This document shows, in pieces, positions 25,892 through 35,830 of a stretch of DNA of 64,000 nucleotides; position 1 is the first letter of the stretch; the number at the start of each line of letters is the position of its first letter. The notes under the pieces were generated by a model, which saw only the letters and a program-made list of their open reading frames with translations, made no database searches and was not told where the DNA came from. The translations under genes and the position numbers were made by a program. The stretch is from assembly GCA_030141605.1 (NCBI GenBank), contig JAQGDQ010000543.1, positions 82,713-146,712 on the forward strand. The letters run 5' to 3'. Origin of the DNA: Tubiluchus corallicola. Taxonomy: Eukaryota; Animalia; Priapulida.

Positions 25892-27390
25892 CAGGTTAAT
25901 TCTCACAATCCATAGTGAAGCCAATTCCCTTCCCGCATTGAAGGCACTTAATAGAAGCCATGCATTTAAGAACAGACCAATCGACAAGCAATCTGTTGCC
26001 AGAGAGCTCTGCTTTGCTTTGAAGAGCAACAAGCAAAAGTTATTAGCAGGGAAGGGTATTGACAACCAGTTTATGGGTCAGCTGGCTTCCTACAGCATCG
26101 GGGAAGCCACTGAAGAGAGAAAGACTTATGGGTGTTGTCTTTTTTAAAAACTGACCGTTAGTGCTGAAAGAAGCACGTCTTAGTACGATACAAACATATT
26201 TTTGCAGAAAAATTAATCATTATTAAGTAATATGGGAAATCACGGTTTTGTGTTCAATGTTTGGTCACTTATGCAGAAAAGTAGAATAGACTGGTTGCAT
26301 GTATACCAGTAATATTACAAGTTTCAATATTCATTCAATAAGACTTTTCACGGTTTCGGTGCACGCACGTGCAGTTGCTGTAGGTCAACGGTTAAGTGTA
26401 CTCCAGCAACGCGTCTTAACTACAACCCTGACGTGACATGTGAGAAGCAAAGCCGTCTGCCGCATCAGTTCAGTAACTTCAATTGTTTGACGTGGACTTT
26501 ACTTAACTACGAGAGTGATTTACTAGCAGGACCTTAATTGGGAAAAAAATGAACTAGGTAAGGTTCTAGCTAGCTGTTAAAACTGTTACTATTACAACAG
26601 CTCTATGGACTGCGAGGTGTTGTCAAGTGTACACAAATGTGTTGTCTGGTTCACTTAACTTAGCCATAACCGTCACGTGACGTACATGTAATTCCTGCGG
26701 GCCACAGGCAGTTTGATCAAGGAGCCAAGTACAGAGAGGCCTAATAAGGATTTTTTTGCATCTGACCTGCATACATCATTACTACTAGACTCAAGAAACT
26801 TTTAGAAGTTATTAAAATTTATATTACAAACCATATATTTCTACTTTCAGGACAGATAGTGGTAATTTCATTACAATGCATATTAGTGATGTGTATCACA
26901 CAGTCTGTGTAGTACAGTGTTATTAAGCTACAACCGTCTTGTAAGGGTTAATGGCATCCGATCTAGTAGAAAAAACTACCCGCACTATCTTTGGAATCGT
27001 GGCACGGACTTCAGCTGGATACACTCAATTAATCGCCCGGGCCGCACTTTCATTATGTTGACAAATCTCTTCGTGGGTCACACAAATTCTCTCTGCGGGC
27101 CGCAATTTGCACACCCCTGCTGTAACGTCTTCTCTGTATCAATTTTTGAAATTCAATTACTATCTGCTACGAAATGATGGTATGTTGGGGTTTCAAAATG
27201 CGTCGTTTGCAATAAAATGAGTAACACGAAAAAGCACAGGTCTAAATACCATCGCCTAAAAATATTCTTTGCTAAATTAATATGATCAAATGAGAGATGT
27301 TACCAAAAGTGAATTTAAAAAAAAATTGTCAAACACAAAAAAACCGAAACAAAACCAACCTGAAACACTTTTGCAAAACCAACTTTTACC

Positions 27391-27634
27391 AGACGGTTTA
27401 GTCTAGTGGTAATGCGTCGGCTTTCCGTCTGGGAGGTCGTGAGTTCGAACCAGCGATCGGGTCATACCAAAGACTTTAAAAATGGCCGTTGCCCTGCCTG
27501 ACGCGCGGTATTTAGGGTAAAAGTGGGGTAATGATAGTCTCTGTTATGTAGTTGTAGGTTGTTATTTACAGTCGGCGATAATAGCTCTTTGAGCTAATGT
27601 TAATTGTTGACCCAAAATCAGACTTTAAATAAAG

Positions 27635-27673
<39 letters not shown>
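27391..27673 (+). mobile_element. tRNA-derived SINE with central GGGTCATACCAAAGACTTTAAAAATGG block and (ATT)n tail
   Basis: A box (TAGTCTAGTGG), B box (GTTCGAACC) and (ATT)n tail; second copy on - at 2308-2548. The central block resembles the MetaSINE core from memory, not verified. Confidence 0.8.
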
Positions 27674-27677
<4 letters not shown>

Positions 27678-28290
27678 AGTATCAAAACTGAAAAGAAAAT
27701 TGTGAAATAAGTAAAATCTGTTGTGATGCAATATTATTGATAAAAAACACGGAGGTTTTACAGTATAGAACCCAAAGTTTGATGGACATTAGACAAATTA
27801 ATGTGTTACAATGTTTTGGGATTAAAATATCCATAGTTATTAATGTTTAAAACGCTTCATTAAAAATAAAGCAATTTTATTTCGTAGATATTTTGTTGCC
27901 TATATTTCATAAATTATGAAATTAAAAACGATTTTGCTCAAATAAATTCAAACGTGGTTTGATATTTCGGTTGATTGGGCCTGGAAACCCTAAAACTTCA
28001 CACAGCGGTCAACAGTGAAGATATGCCACATTGCCGGTAGAAGCACATTACGAAGTTTTATATACACGAAGTTTTTGAATATGTGAACTAATTTAGCCAA
28101 GATTTCTCAACGTTTTTTGACGTCTAGGAGAAAAGGTAAAATGGATAAATACTAGTAAAACCTCCGAAAAAAGTTACCGAAAATTATCCGATATTTTGAC
28201 TACGAAACGTAACCGAAAGTACAATTATCGGCAAACCGAACCGAAAATTTCCTTCCGGTAACATCCCCGTATTGAATACGCATAATTTAC

Positions 28291-28561
28291 CCCAGATGAG
28301 GATGCTGGCGGTGCACAGTGATCCGACCAGCGCCGTCGCTCCTGCCGGGTCGTCGAATTCTCGCATGAACACCTTGTAGTAGACTCCGTAGGACAACGCC
28401 GTGCCGAAGATGATGGCGTTGTTCAAGAAAACGGCGAACAACACCACGTACGCCCATCCCTGGTCGATGTTGACGTCCAGGTTGATGAGAATTCGCGCTC
28501 GCTGTTGGAGATTGTGGGCCGCTTGAATAGTGGACGACGGCACTTGTAAGTACGAATGCAT
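28291..28561 (-). CDS. SLC16/monocarboxylate transporter family (MFS), coding exon 1
   Basis: ATG at 28561; DQGWAYVV matches the SLC16 TM1 DGGWGW-type signature; donor G|gtaaat, phase 1. An acceptor just upstream (exon start about 28602) implies a 5'UTR intron. Confidence 0.9.
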
Positions 28562-29309
28562 CGTGGCGGGGGTGAGGCGTGTTCAGTAGATCAACTCATT
28601 TTCTGTAAATACAAACATCAGTTTAACACTTAATAGGAAAATATATTTCTTAAAGCTAGGTTCCGATCACTCCACAACTATCAACACTAAGGAAGCTCTG
28701 TTACCGAGTGTTGGTCCACAAGCTACAACCGTCGTGTGACATTTTTGTTCCCAAGCAAGATCCTACTAGTAAATCACTCTACGCACAGATTAGTACATAA
28801 TTAAGTCCACGTAAAACAACTGAAGTTGCTGAACTGATGCGACAGACGTCTTTGCTTTACCCGCATCAGTTCAGCAACTTCAGTTGTTTTACGTGGACTT
28901 AATTATGTATTAAACTGTGCGTAGAGTGATTTACTAGTAGGATCTTGCTTGGGAACAAAAAATGAACTAGGCAAGGTTCTAGCTAGCTGTTAAAACTGTT
29001 ACTATTACAACAGCATGGGCTGCGAAGCGTTGTCAAGTGTATACAAATGCATTTTCTGTAGACTTAACCTTTGACCTTTTTACGATCATCATCAATCGCT
29101 GAAACTGTGAGAAGGTTTATTAAATGAAAACACGGATATTCACTTTACGTTGATCTACATACAGTATATACCAATTTTTACCTCTTTATTATAAAGAGGG
29201 TTGTAGCCTGGATACCATGCTACGAGAAAGAGTAGATTTGTTTCGACAAAATAGCTCGACAAATACTAAAAATCACCTAAAAAGTACTGATACAGATACC
29301 ATAACACGA

Positions 29310-29715
29310 TTATTGACGGTCTCTCCTCAAGAATTTGGGAAAATACGGTAGATTTGATACTTCAACTGTTTCACTATTAAGTGAATTCCAAGGGCCCACA
29401 ACACGAGAAGGGAAGAAATGAGCTCTGATATTAGTGCGAGAGTATTGTACAAATAATTTAAAGTCGTATCTACGTAAATCACATAGTGATCTAGAAAAAA
29501 ATTTGACACTACACAAAATAGAACTGCCACTAATGACTTTATAATAGTTAATAAGCTCTATAGTACCACAGCGTTGTTCAAGAGAAGATACAGAGTCAGA
29601 ATGAATATGAGAAGCCAGACTAATACACCTAGAATGTGTTCTTTCAAAAGCATTTTCTACAGTAACAAGCAGTGGTAACCAAACAATGCACACATATTCA
29701 AATGTTGGTTGAACT
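29310..29715 (-). mobile_element. CR1-type LINE ORF2 C-terminal relic
   Basis: SLEQR...LINYYKVISG...FKLFVQYSRTNIRAHFFPSRVVGPWNSL is a typical CR1/L2 ORF2 end. Confidence 0.75.
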
Positions 29716-29789
29716 ACAACAACAATAGGCCTACTGTTTCTCATCTTATTCTGACAGAGTTTTTCCCAGGCCTCATAGAGTTGTTTGTG

Positions 29790-29960
29790 AATCGTGGTCT
29801 CGAGTGTAAGTTATTTGTGCAACCAGCTAGAACCAACATCAGATCTCACTTTTCTGGGAATCGTGTAGTTCAGCCATGGAATCATCTTTCATTATCAGCC
29901 ATTAGCGCTTTATCAGTTGACAGTTTCAAAAAACATTTGAGAGAGGACCGTTTACAGATA
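29790..29960 (+). mobile_element. CR1-type LINE 3' relic, related to and divergent in orientation from the 29.3-kb relic
   Basis: RGLECKLFVQPARTNIRSHFSGNRVVQPWNHL...SVDSFKKHL. A more decayed relic (RGHSLKL...) lies at about 30645-30850. Confidence 0.7.
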
Positions 29961-31922
29961 GGTACGATTTCTTTGGATAAAGTATTTTTTGAGTAACGTA
30001 TGTATCTCAGCACATAAACAACTTTGAAAACTTGAACTCGAAACAGCAATTTCGAATGCAACGAGAAAGTTGAACTTACATTGCTCGAAGAGAGTCAGTT
30101 AGCTCTAGTTTTCAAGAGTTTATTTCATATTTCTCTGCAGAATTGTTTTTCCTTTATTCGTTCTTGAAAGCGAGTTAAGTGCTACACAACTTAGTCATTC
30201 ACATTTTGGTCTTAGAAAACCGGAAGAAGTTGAAAAACCAGAAGCTGAAAAACAGATCTGCCCTTAGATGCGAAGATTTCTCATATTTGTTGAGGATTGG
30301 TATACGAAAATCTGGTTATTTCAACTACGAATTCAGTATACATTGTAATTCTGCATAATACTAACTATATTGCGACGGTACGGTTTAGTATTTGTACAAA
30401 TTAAGCTTAGTAAGATGTGTTAGAGCTGTGAAATTGATTTTTGTAAAGAGTTGATATTTTGGGAGGCGTGAAATTGGAAGCCGCTGTAATTTTGTGGTAG
30501 GCGGAATCGATTATTCGCCTGCAAGTCTCTGGTATAGATTACTTTGCTAAGTAATCCAATTCTACACAGTTACTTTTGGTCTATGAAAGTAATTCACAGT
30601 CATTTGAAGTACAAAAAATGAAAACGCGTTTGAAATCATTTTCTCTAACTCGAGGACATAGTTTAAAACTGCTTAAAGAGCTGCCACATCTCGACATTGT
30701 CAAAATTCATTTATTGTGAGAATAGTGGGCGAATGAATTAATCTGCGTGTCTTGATAATTGCCTTGCCAACCGTAGTAAAGTTTAAAATCCTAATCGACA
30801 ATTATTTTATGGGAAAATACGGGCTTTCTATGAGTGTACTTGCTTAACGCCTATTCATGACAGTATAACCCAGGACGTAAAAACTAAACACTCTCAAAGC
30901 AGAAAGCTTGCATACCTTCAGACAGTGAGTTGGCATGCACGTATAGTCCACGCTTCCTGCTGTGCTGTGACAAAACGCAGTTAGTATTTTACTCTGTTGT
31001 AAGCCAGCATGTCACTCTTCATGAGTGCCTGACATCTGATAAACAAACGACTATTAGCAATATAAGGTAAGACTGCTGGCTAATGTGCACTTTCGATATC
31101 TGCACAGAAAATAGGCTTTAAACAAGTGTGACTCACAGTTTTTAGTAAATCGCATTTTTGTAATAGAGCGAAAAATTCTATTTCATGTGCAATTAAGCAT
31201 TTCATTGTAGATAACTTCGGAACTTCGCGACAACTATAGATTTCATGGAACTTTGTAAGGAAAAATGTGACTCTGTATTTTTTTATTATAAAGCAGTAAG
31301 ATCTAGTAATGTTCCCAAGATCTTATATCAGTTGAAAGAGCGTTTTCTTTTCTAAGTACTTCTATGTTTTACTGTAAAATAAGACTGACAATAAAAATAC
31401 TTTTGTTTCTGAACAGCAGCTCATGATCATGGTTATCACGGTACCGCCTTCTATTTGTCGGCTACACGAATGTGACAAAAAGGCGTCGCTGCCAATCTTA
31501 GTAGATTTCTATTTTGAAAATCCGAGGTTATTATTATATATATAATAAGGCGCAAAACTAAGGCCTAATTATATACAGTAAATGAACATATTTACAAACA
31601 CCATATTAAAATATTTTTCCAAGACAATATTACAAAAGTACATTAAATTTTACATGACACATTTTACACAATATACATTTGACATGACACAATTAACAGA
31701 AACATGCTTTACATTACATAAATTTCACTATTTACATTTACACTATTTATACAATTTAAGCTTTGATTTAAAAAAGCTATTGTAGTTTTCAATATTTTAG
31801 AGCATTCTTTATTCTGAACTCGTGTTTACACAATAACCCGGTTTTCCTTTAAACCAGTTATACATTTTTTTCAGACGTTTACAGTAGCCGATTGCGACTG
31901 TTTATTTATCAATGGTTAAAAC

Positions 31923-33251
31923 ATGAAGGTGAAAGTGTTGGTGCGAAATCCCGACGATTACGGCCGAGAGACAAAGAGAGACGTTTTCAAGATTCCCAGG
32001 AACTTCGATCCTAAGATACATCCATTCGATGTCGCAAGAGAATACACACGTGCTCTCAATGCCACGAAGTTAGACCGAGTTTTTGCCAAACCATTTGTCG
32101 GCGCATTGGAGGGACATCGCGATGCCGTGCACTGCATTTCGAAGCATCCGAAGAGTCTTTCAACACTTTTTTCTGGAGCTTGCGACGGAGAAGTTAAGAT
32201 ATGGAACTTAGCGCGCAAGAAGTGCATCAGTACCGTCTCCGCACATACGGGATTCGTTCGCGGCATTTGCACAGTTCCCGACGGATCTTCGTTTTTTACC
32301 GTTGGTGACGATAAGCTAATTAAACAGTGGAGGACGGATCTTTCGCATTCCGCGGATCCAGTTTCCACGATCGTGGGGAAGACGATGTTCACCGGAATCG
32401 ACCATCATTGGAAAGATTCGATTTTCGCCACCTGCGGAGATCGCGTCGACATTTGGGACGAGTCGAGAATTGAGCCGATTCGGAGTTTCACCTGGGGCTG
32501 CGATAGCATCACGACTCTTAAATTTAATCAAGTGGAAACCAACATCTTGGCAAGTTGCGCCAGCGACAGGAACATTGTCTTGTACGACATGAGGGGGTCC
32601 ACTCCCTTACGGAAAGTGATTTTAGATCTGAGAAGCAACGCGATCGCGTGGAATCCAATGGAGACGTTCATCTTCACCGTAGCCAATGAAGATTACAATT
32701 TATATTCCTTCGATATGCGAAAACTGTCGTCGCCTGTCAACATCCACATGGATCACGTAGCCGCCGTGCTGGATGTAGACTATGCGCCCACGGGCAAGGA
32801 GATCGTTTCCGGAAGCTTCGACAAAACCATCAGAATTTTCCCGGCCGGTAAAGGTAGAAGTCGTGAAGTGTATCATACAAAGCGAATGCAGCGGGTGTCC
32901 TGCGTCCGCTGGTCGACGGACAATAAGTACATATTATCCGGCTCGGACGAAATGAACATCAGAATTTGGAAGAGCCGCGCTTCGGAAAAGCTCGGCGCCG
33001 TTAAGACGCGCGAAAAAATGTCACTTCAGTACAGCGAGAAACTGCAAGAGAAGTTCGCGCACCATCCTCAGGTGAGACGCATAGCCCGCCATCGTCATCT
33101 ACCTACACCCATCTACCACGCCGCTAAAGAGTTGAGGACTATTCGCGAATCGCGGAAGCGAAAAGAGGCCAACCGTCGTGCGCACAGTAAGCCCGGGTCT
33201 GTGCCCTACGTGAGCGAAAGAGAAAAGCACATTATCGCGGAACACGAGTGA
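31923..33251 (+). CDS. DCAF13: DDB1- and CUL4-associated factor 13 (WDSOF1/Sof1), single-exon CDS
   Basis: 442-aa ORF: MKVKVL...PRNFDPKIHPFDVAREYTRALNATKLDRVFAKPF N-terminus, WD40 repeats and C-terminal Sof1 domain (RIARHRHLP...RRAHSKPGSVP). Confidence 0.98.
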   Translation: MKVKVLVRNPDDYGRETKRDVFKIPRNFDPKIHPFDVAREYTRALNATKLDRVFAKPFVGALEGHRDAVHCISKHPKSLSTLFSGACDGEVKIWNLARKKCISTVSAHTGFVRGICTVPDGSSFFTVGDDKLIKQWRTDLSHSADPVSTIVGKTMFTGIDHHWKDSIFATCGDRVDIWDESRIEPIRSFTWGCDSITTLKFNQVETNILASCASDRNIVLYDMRGSTPLRKVILDLRSNAIAWNPMETFIFTVANEDYNLYSFDMRKLSSPVNIHMDHVAAVLDVDYAPTGKEIVSGSFDKTIRIFPAGKGRSREVYHTKRMQRVSCVRWSTDNKYILSGSDEMNIRIWKSRASEKLGAVKTREKMSLQYSEKLQEKFAHHPQVRRIARHRHLPTPIYHAAKELRTIRESRKRKEANRRAHSKPGSVPYVSEREKHIIAEHE

Positions 33252-33369
33252 TGGTTGTACGGACGTGAACGAACAAGTCTTTCTTTGTTTTTCTTCACAC
33301 TCTTTTGTCCTTATTACAAAATTCTTCCAAGTGTGCACTAACTAACTAATTCTGGCTTTCGTACAATTT

Positions 33370-34053
33370 TTAAAGCACAAGAAAACCCTCCACTTACATA
33401 AAGCTTAAAAAAATCGCCTTGACAAACTTACATACTGTCTCTTTGCGTGCAGGGCTTGCGTCAGCAGGAACGCTGTATAAAACGTGTAAATTAAAACTCC
33501 TGCGATGACCTTTAGGCGCAGCCATTTTGATGATAAGTCATTTGAAACAAGTTTAGATAACATTGAACAAAGTTTGAAAAAATAATCAGAGCATTCGTAG
33601 CACACATGTCACTGAGTAAAATTTAAAATTACTGCATCTTGTCAATAAGATTAAAAATACGTTTTTGGTTGGTGAGTAGTGCACGCTGGAGGGTGAGTCA
33701 GCGATATTTTACCAATTGGTGAAAGCATTTTAAATAATTAATAGTTTTCTTTTCTAATTATATAATATAAGTCTTTCCAGCTTGTAAGCGAAATGCTAAG
33801 TAATATAATTCTGCATGGAAAATTTTTTGTGACATAATTTAATATTTGCTTTTCTTCCCTTGATTTACTTTTGTGTAAATGACGTCATCTAATGGTACAA
33901 TCGGAACAGTATTGCGGCAGATTTAAAATGCAAACAAACAAAAAATCCTTTCAACACGAGTACTATATATGCATCAAATTGTTATAAAGTAATATAATTT
34001 TTAAGGCGATTTTTCTGAAACCTACTTCAGGTGCCCCTTCCTTTGTCGTTTAA
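33370..34053. mobile_element. MITE family A (about 680 bp, TTAA-bounded, Kolobok-like)
   Basis: Family termini TTAAAGCACAAGAAAA...TTTTCTTGTCCTTTAA (this copy ends CTTTGTCGTTTAA). Other copies at 4836-5528, 6565-7009, 9765-10443, 16053-16463, 41745-41880 (inverted), 42147-42470 and 50332-50943. Confidence 0.8.
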
Positions 34054-34891
34054 GTAAACTCAGTTTATGTTTATGTTTTATAACATGGCTTAATTTTACT
34101 TAGAAAAAGCAAAATATTATACTGACAAAACCAGAAAATGATAGTATTTCATGATGGCTAAAATAATAAACGTGTATTGGAGAATGATTTTAACAAAGAA
34201 GAGCGTGTGTCTTTTTTGTCTTTCTTATGTAGGAACCTCGTCGATTTTTTTGTACCATGAGTCAATTTCTGCAATAGGTAGTCTCTTGCATTTCTGTGAT
34301 GTCTTGGCAATGCTAGCTTGCACGAGTTTATAATACACCACAGGCAGTTACTGAACAGAGCTTTTTTATAAGTGCCACATAACGAACAGGTACAAGATAT
34401 TACACAACAAGTAGTTGTGCAGCCTACGTGAATATAATGACCACTTAGAAACTAGGTTAATGGCGTTTCTAATACACCACAGGTATTTCGCAATGAACAT
34501 ATAATTATATTAATTTGCCTGGCCAAAACGGGTGCCGGTATAACAGGTTATTTTTATATACAGTCATTTTGTTCTTGGTCGTTTTGCAGGCATTAAACAA
34601 GTTTGGCGGTAGAGCGGGCGGCAGTATAATGAGGCTTGACTGTATTCATTAATTGTGAGATTACACCATTACATTACTAATTTACATATCTTATTTATAA
34701 ATTGAATATCTCAACGCTCGCACATACACACTCTCACACATGCACGCACGCACAGTTAGCTACAAACATAAATTTTACAACATAGCGATCTTGAAGGGTG
34801 GTGACAGCTTCTATAATGATTTATATGGGGCCACAATGAGCGAAAAACAGGAACGATTTTTCGTTTTTAATAGCTGTTATTGTTGGTGTCA

Positions 34892-35011
34892 TATCACAGC
34901 CATATCACGTTGAAAACACCGGTTCTCGCCTGATCACCGAAGTTAAGCAACATAGAGCCTGGTTAGTACTTGGATGGGTGACCGCCTAGAAATACCAGGT
35001 GCTGTAGGCTT
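34892..35011 (+). rRNA. 5S rRNA-derived sequence (diverged copy or head of a SINE3-like element)
   Basis: CAGCCATATCACGTTGAAAACACCGGTTCTCG...CCGAAGTTAAGCAAC...GTTAGTACTTGGATGGGTGACCGCCT...GGTGCTGTAGGCTT is a full-length 5S pattern with box A, IE and box C; no oligo-T terminator follows. Confidence 0.85.
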
Positions 35012-35537
35012 GCGGGATGCCCACACTGTATCTCGACACTGGGCGGAGGAGCTGCACAAGCAGCCAACGGCTAGAGGGCAGAGGAGGTCAATGACCCAAC
35101 GGCCATGTGTAGAGGCGGAGGAGTAAACCTTCCAAATCAAGGCGGGCCAGTGCAGCATGCTCACTGACTCCGGCAGCTCCTACAGCCAACCTGGTGCCAA
35201 ACGTATCGCTCCGCTTTCCTTTGGACTACACCGGGGAGGAAGAGAGGGGGTACCTGTTTTCTGGGCAACTCCCAACTGCCGGAGCCAGTAGTTCTAAACA
35301 GTTAATACATCTCATCTAGTTTCAGGTGCTATAGAATGCAAGCCATTATCATTCCTCATGCTTTGCCAATAACCTGTGGTTAAAAGGTATGTAAGTATGC
35401 TACATGTGTCTTTGTGCTAATGTTGTTAAATGGACGTCGTTTGGTAAACAGATACTATGTTGAGTGTATGCGTATTGTTTTCGCATAATGAGTTTATTCA
35501 ATATTATTTATCACTATACATAAAAAGATCGGATACA

Positions 35538-35830
35538 GTATACATTATAAATTAGTCAAAGATTGCCCAGATTGCCATTGTTGTGGTTATCGTGTTTGTA
35601 AAAACAGATACAATAAAAAGTGTAAAAATGTCCAAAGTATTGATATACATTATAAATTAGTCAAAGATTGCCCAGATTGCCATTGTTGTGGTTATCGTGT
35701 TTGTAAAAACAGAAGCAATAAAAAGTGTAAAAATGTCCAAACTATTGATATACATTATAAATTAGTCAAAGATTGCCCAGATTGCCATTGTTGTGGTTAT
35801 CTTGTTTGTAAAAATAGATGTAATAAAAAG
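35538..35830. repeat. About 117-bp tandem duplication x2.5
   Basis: ATACATTATAAATTAGTCAAAGATTGCCCAGATTGCC recurs three times. Confidence 0.85.

Noticed and set aside
26106-26132. Hammerhead-like CCA-CTGAAGA-GA-GAAA-GACT-TA-TGG
   Set aside because: No stem II and only a 3-bp stem I; likely chance.
31958-32531. Antisense ORFs within DCAF13 (also those within SLC16 exon 3 and the FoxH1 last exon)
   Set aside because: Shadow frames of GC-rich coding exons.
34892-35011. Functional 5S rRNA gene
   Set aside because: Single copy, altered 5' end, several substitutions and no oligo-T terminator; more likely a pseudogene or SINE head.
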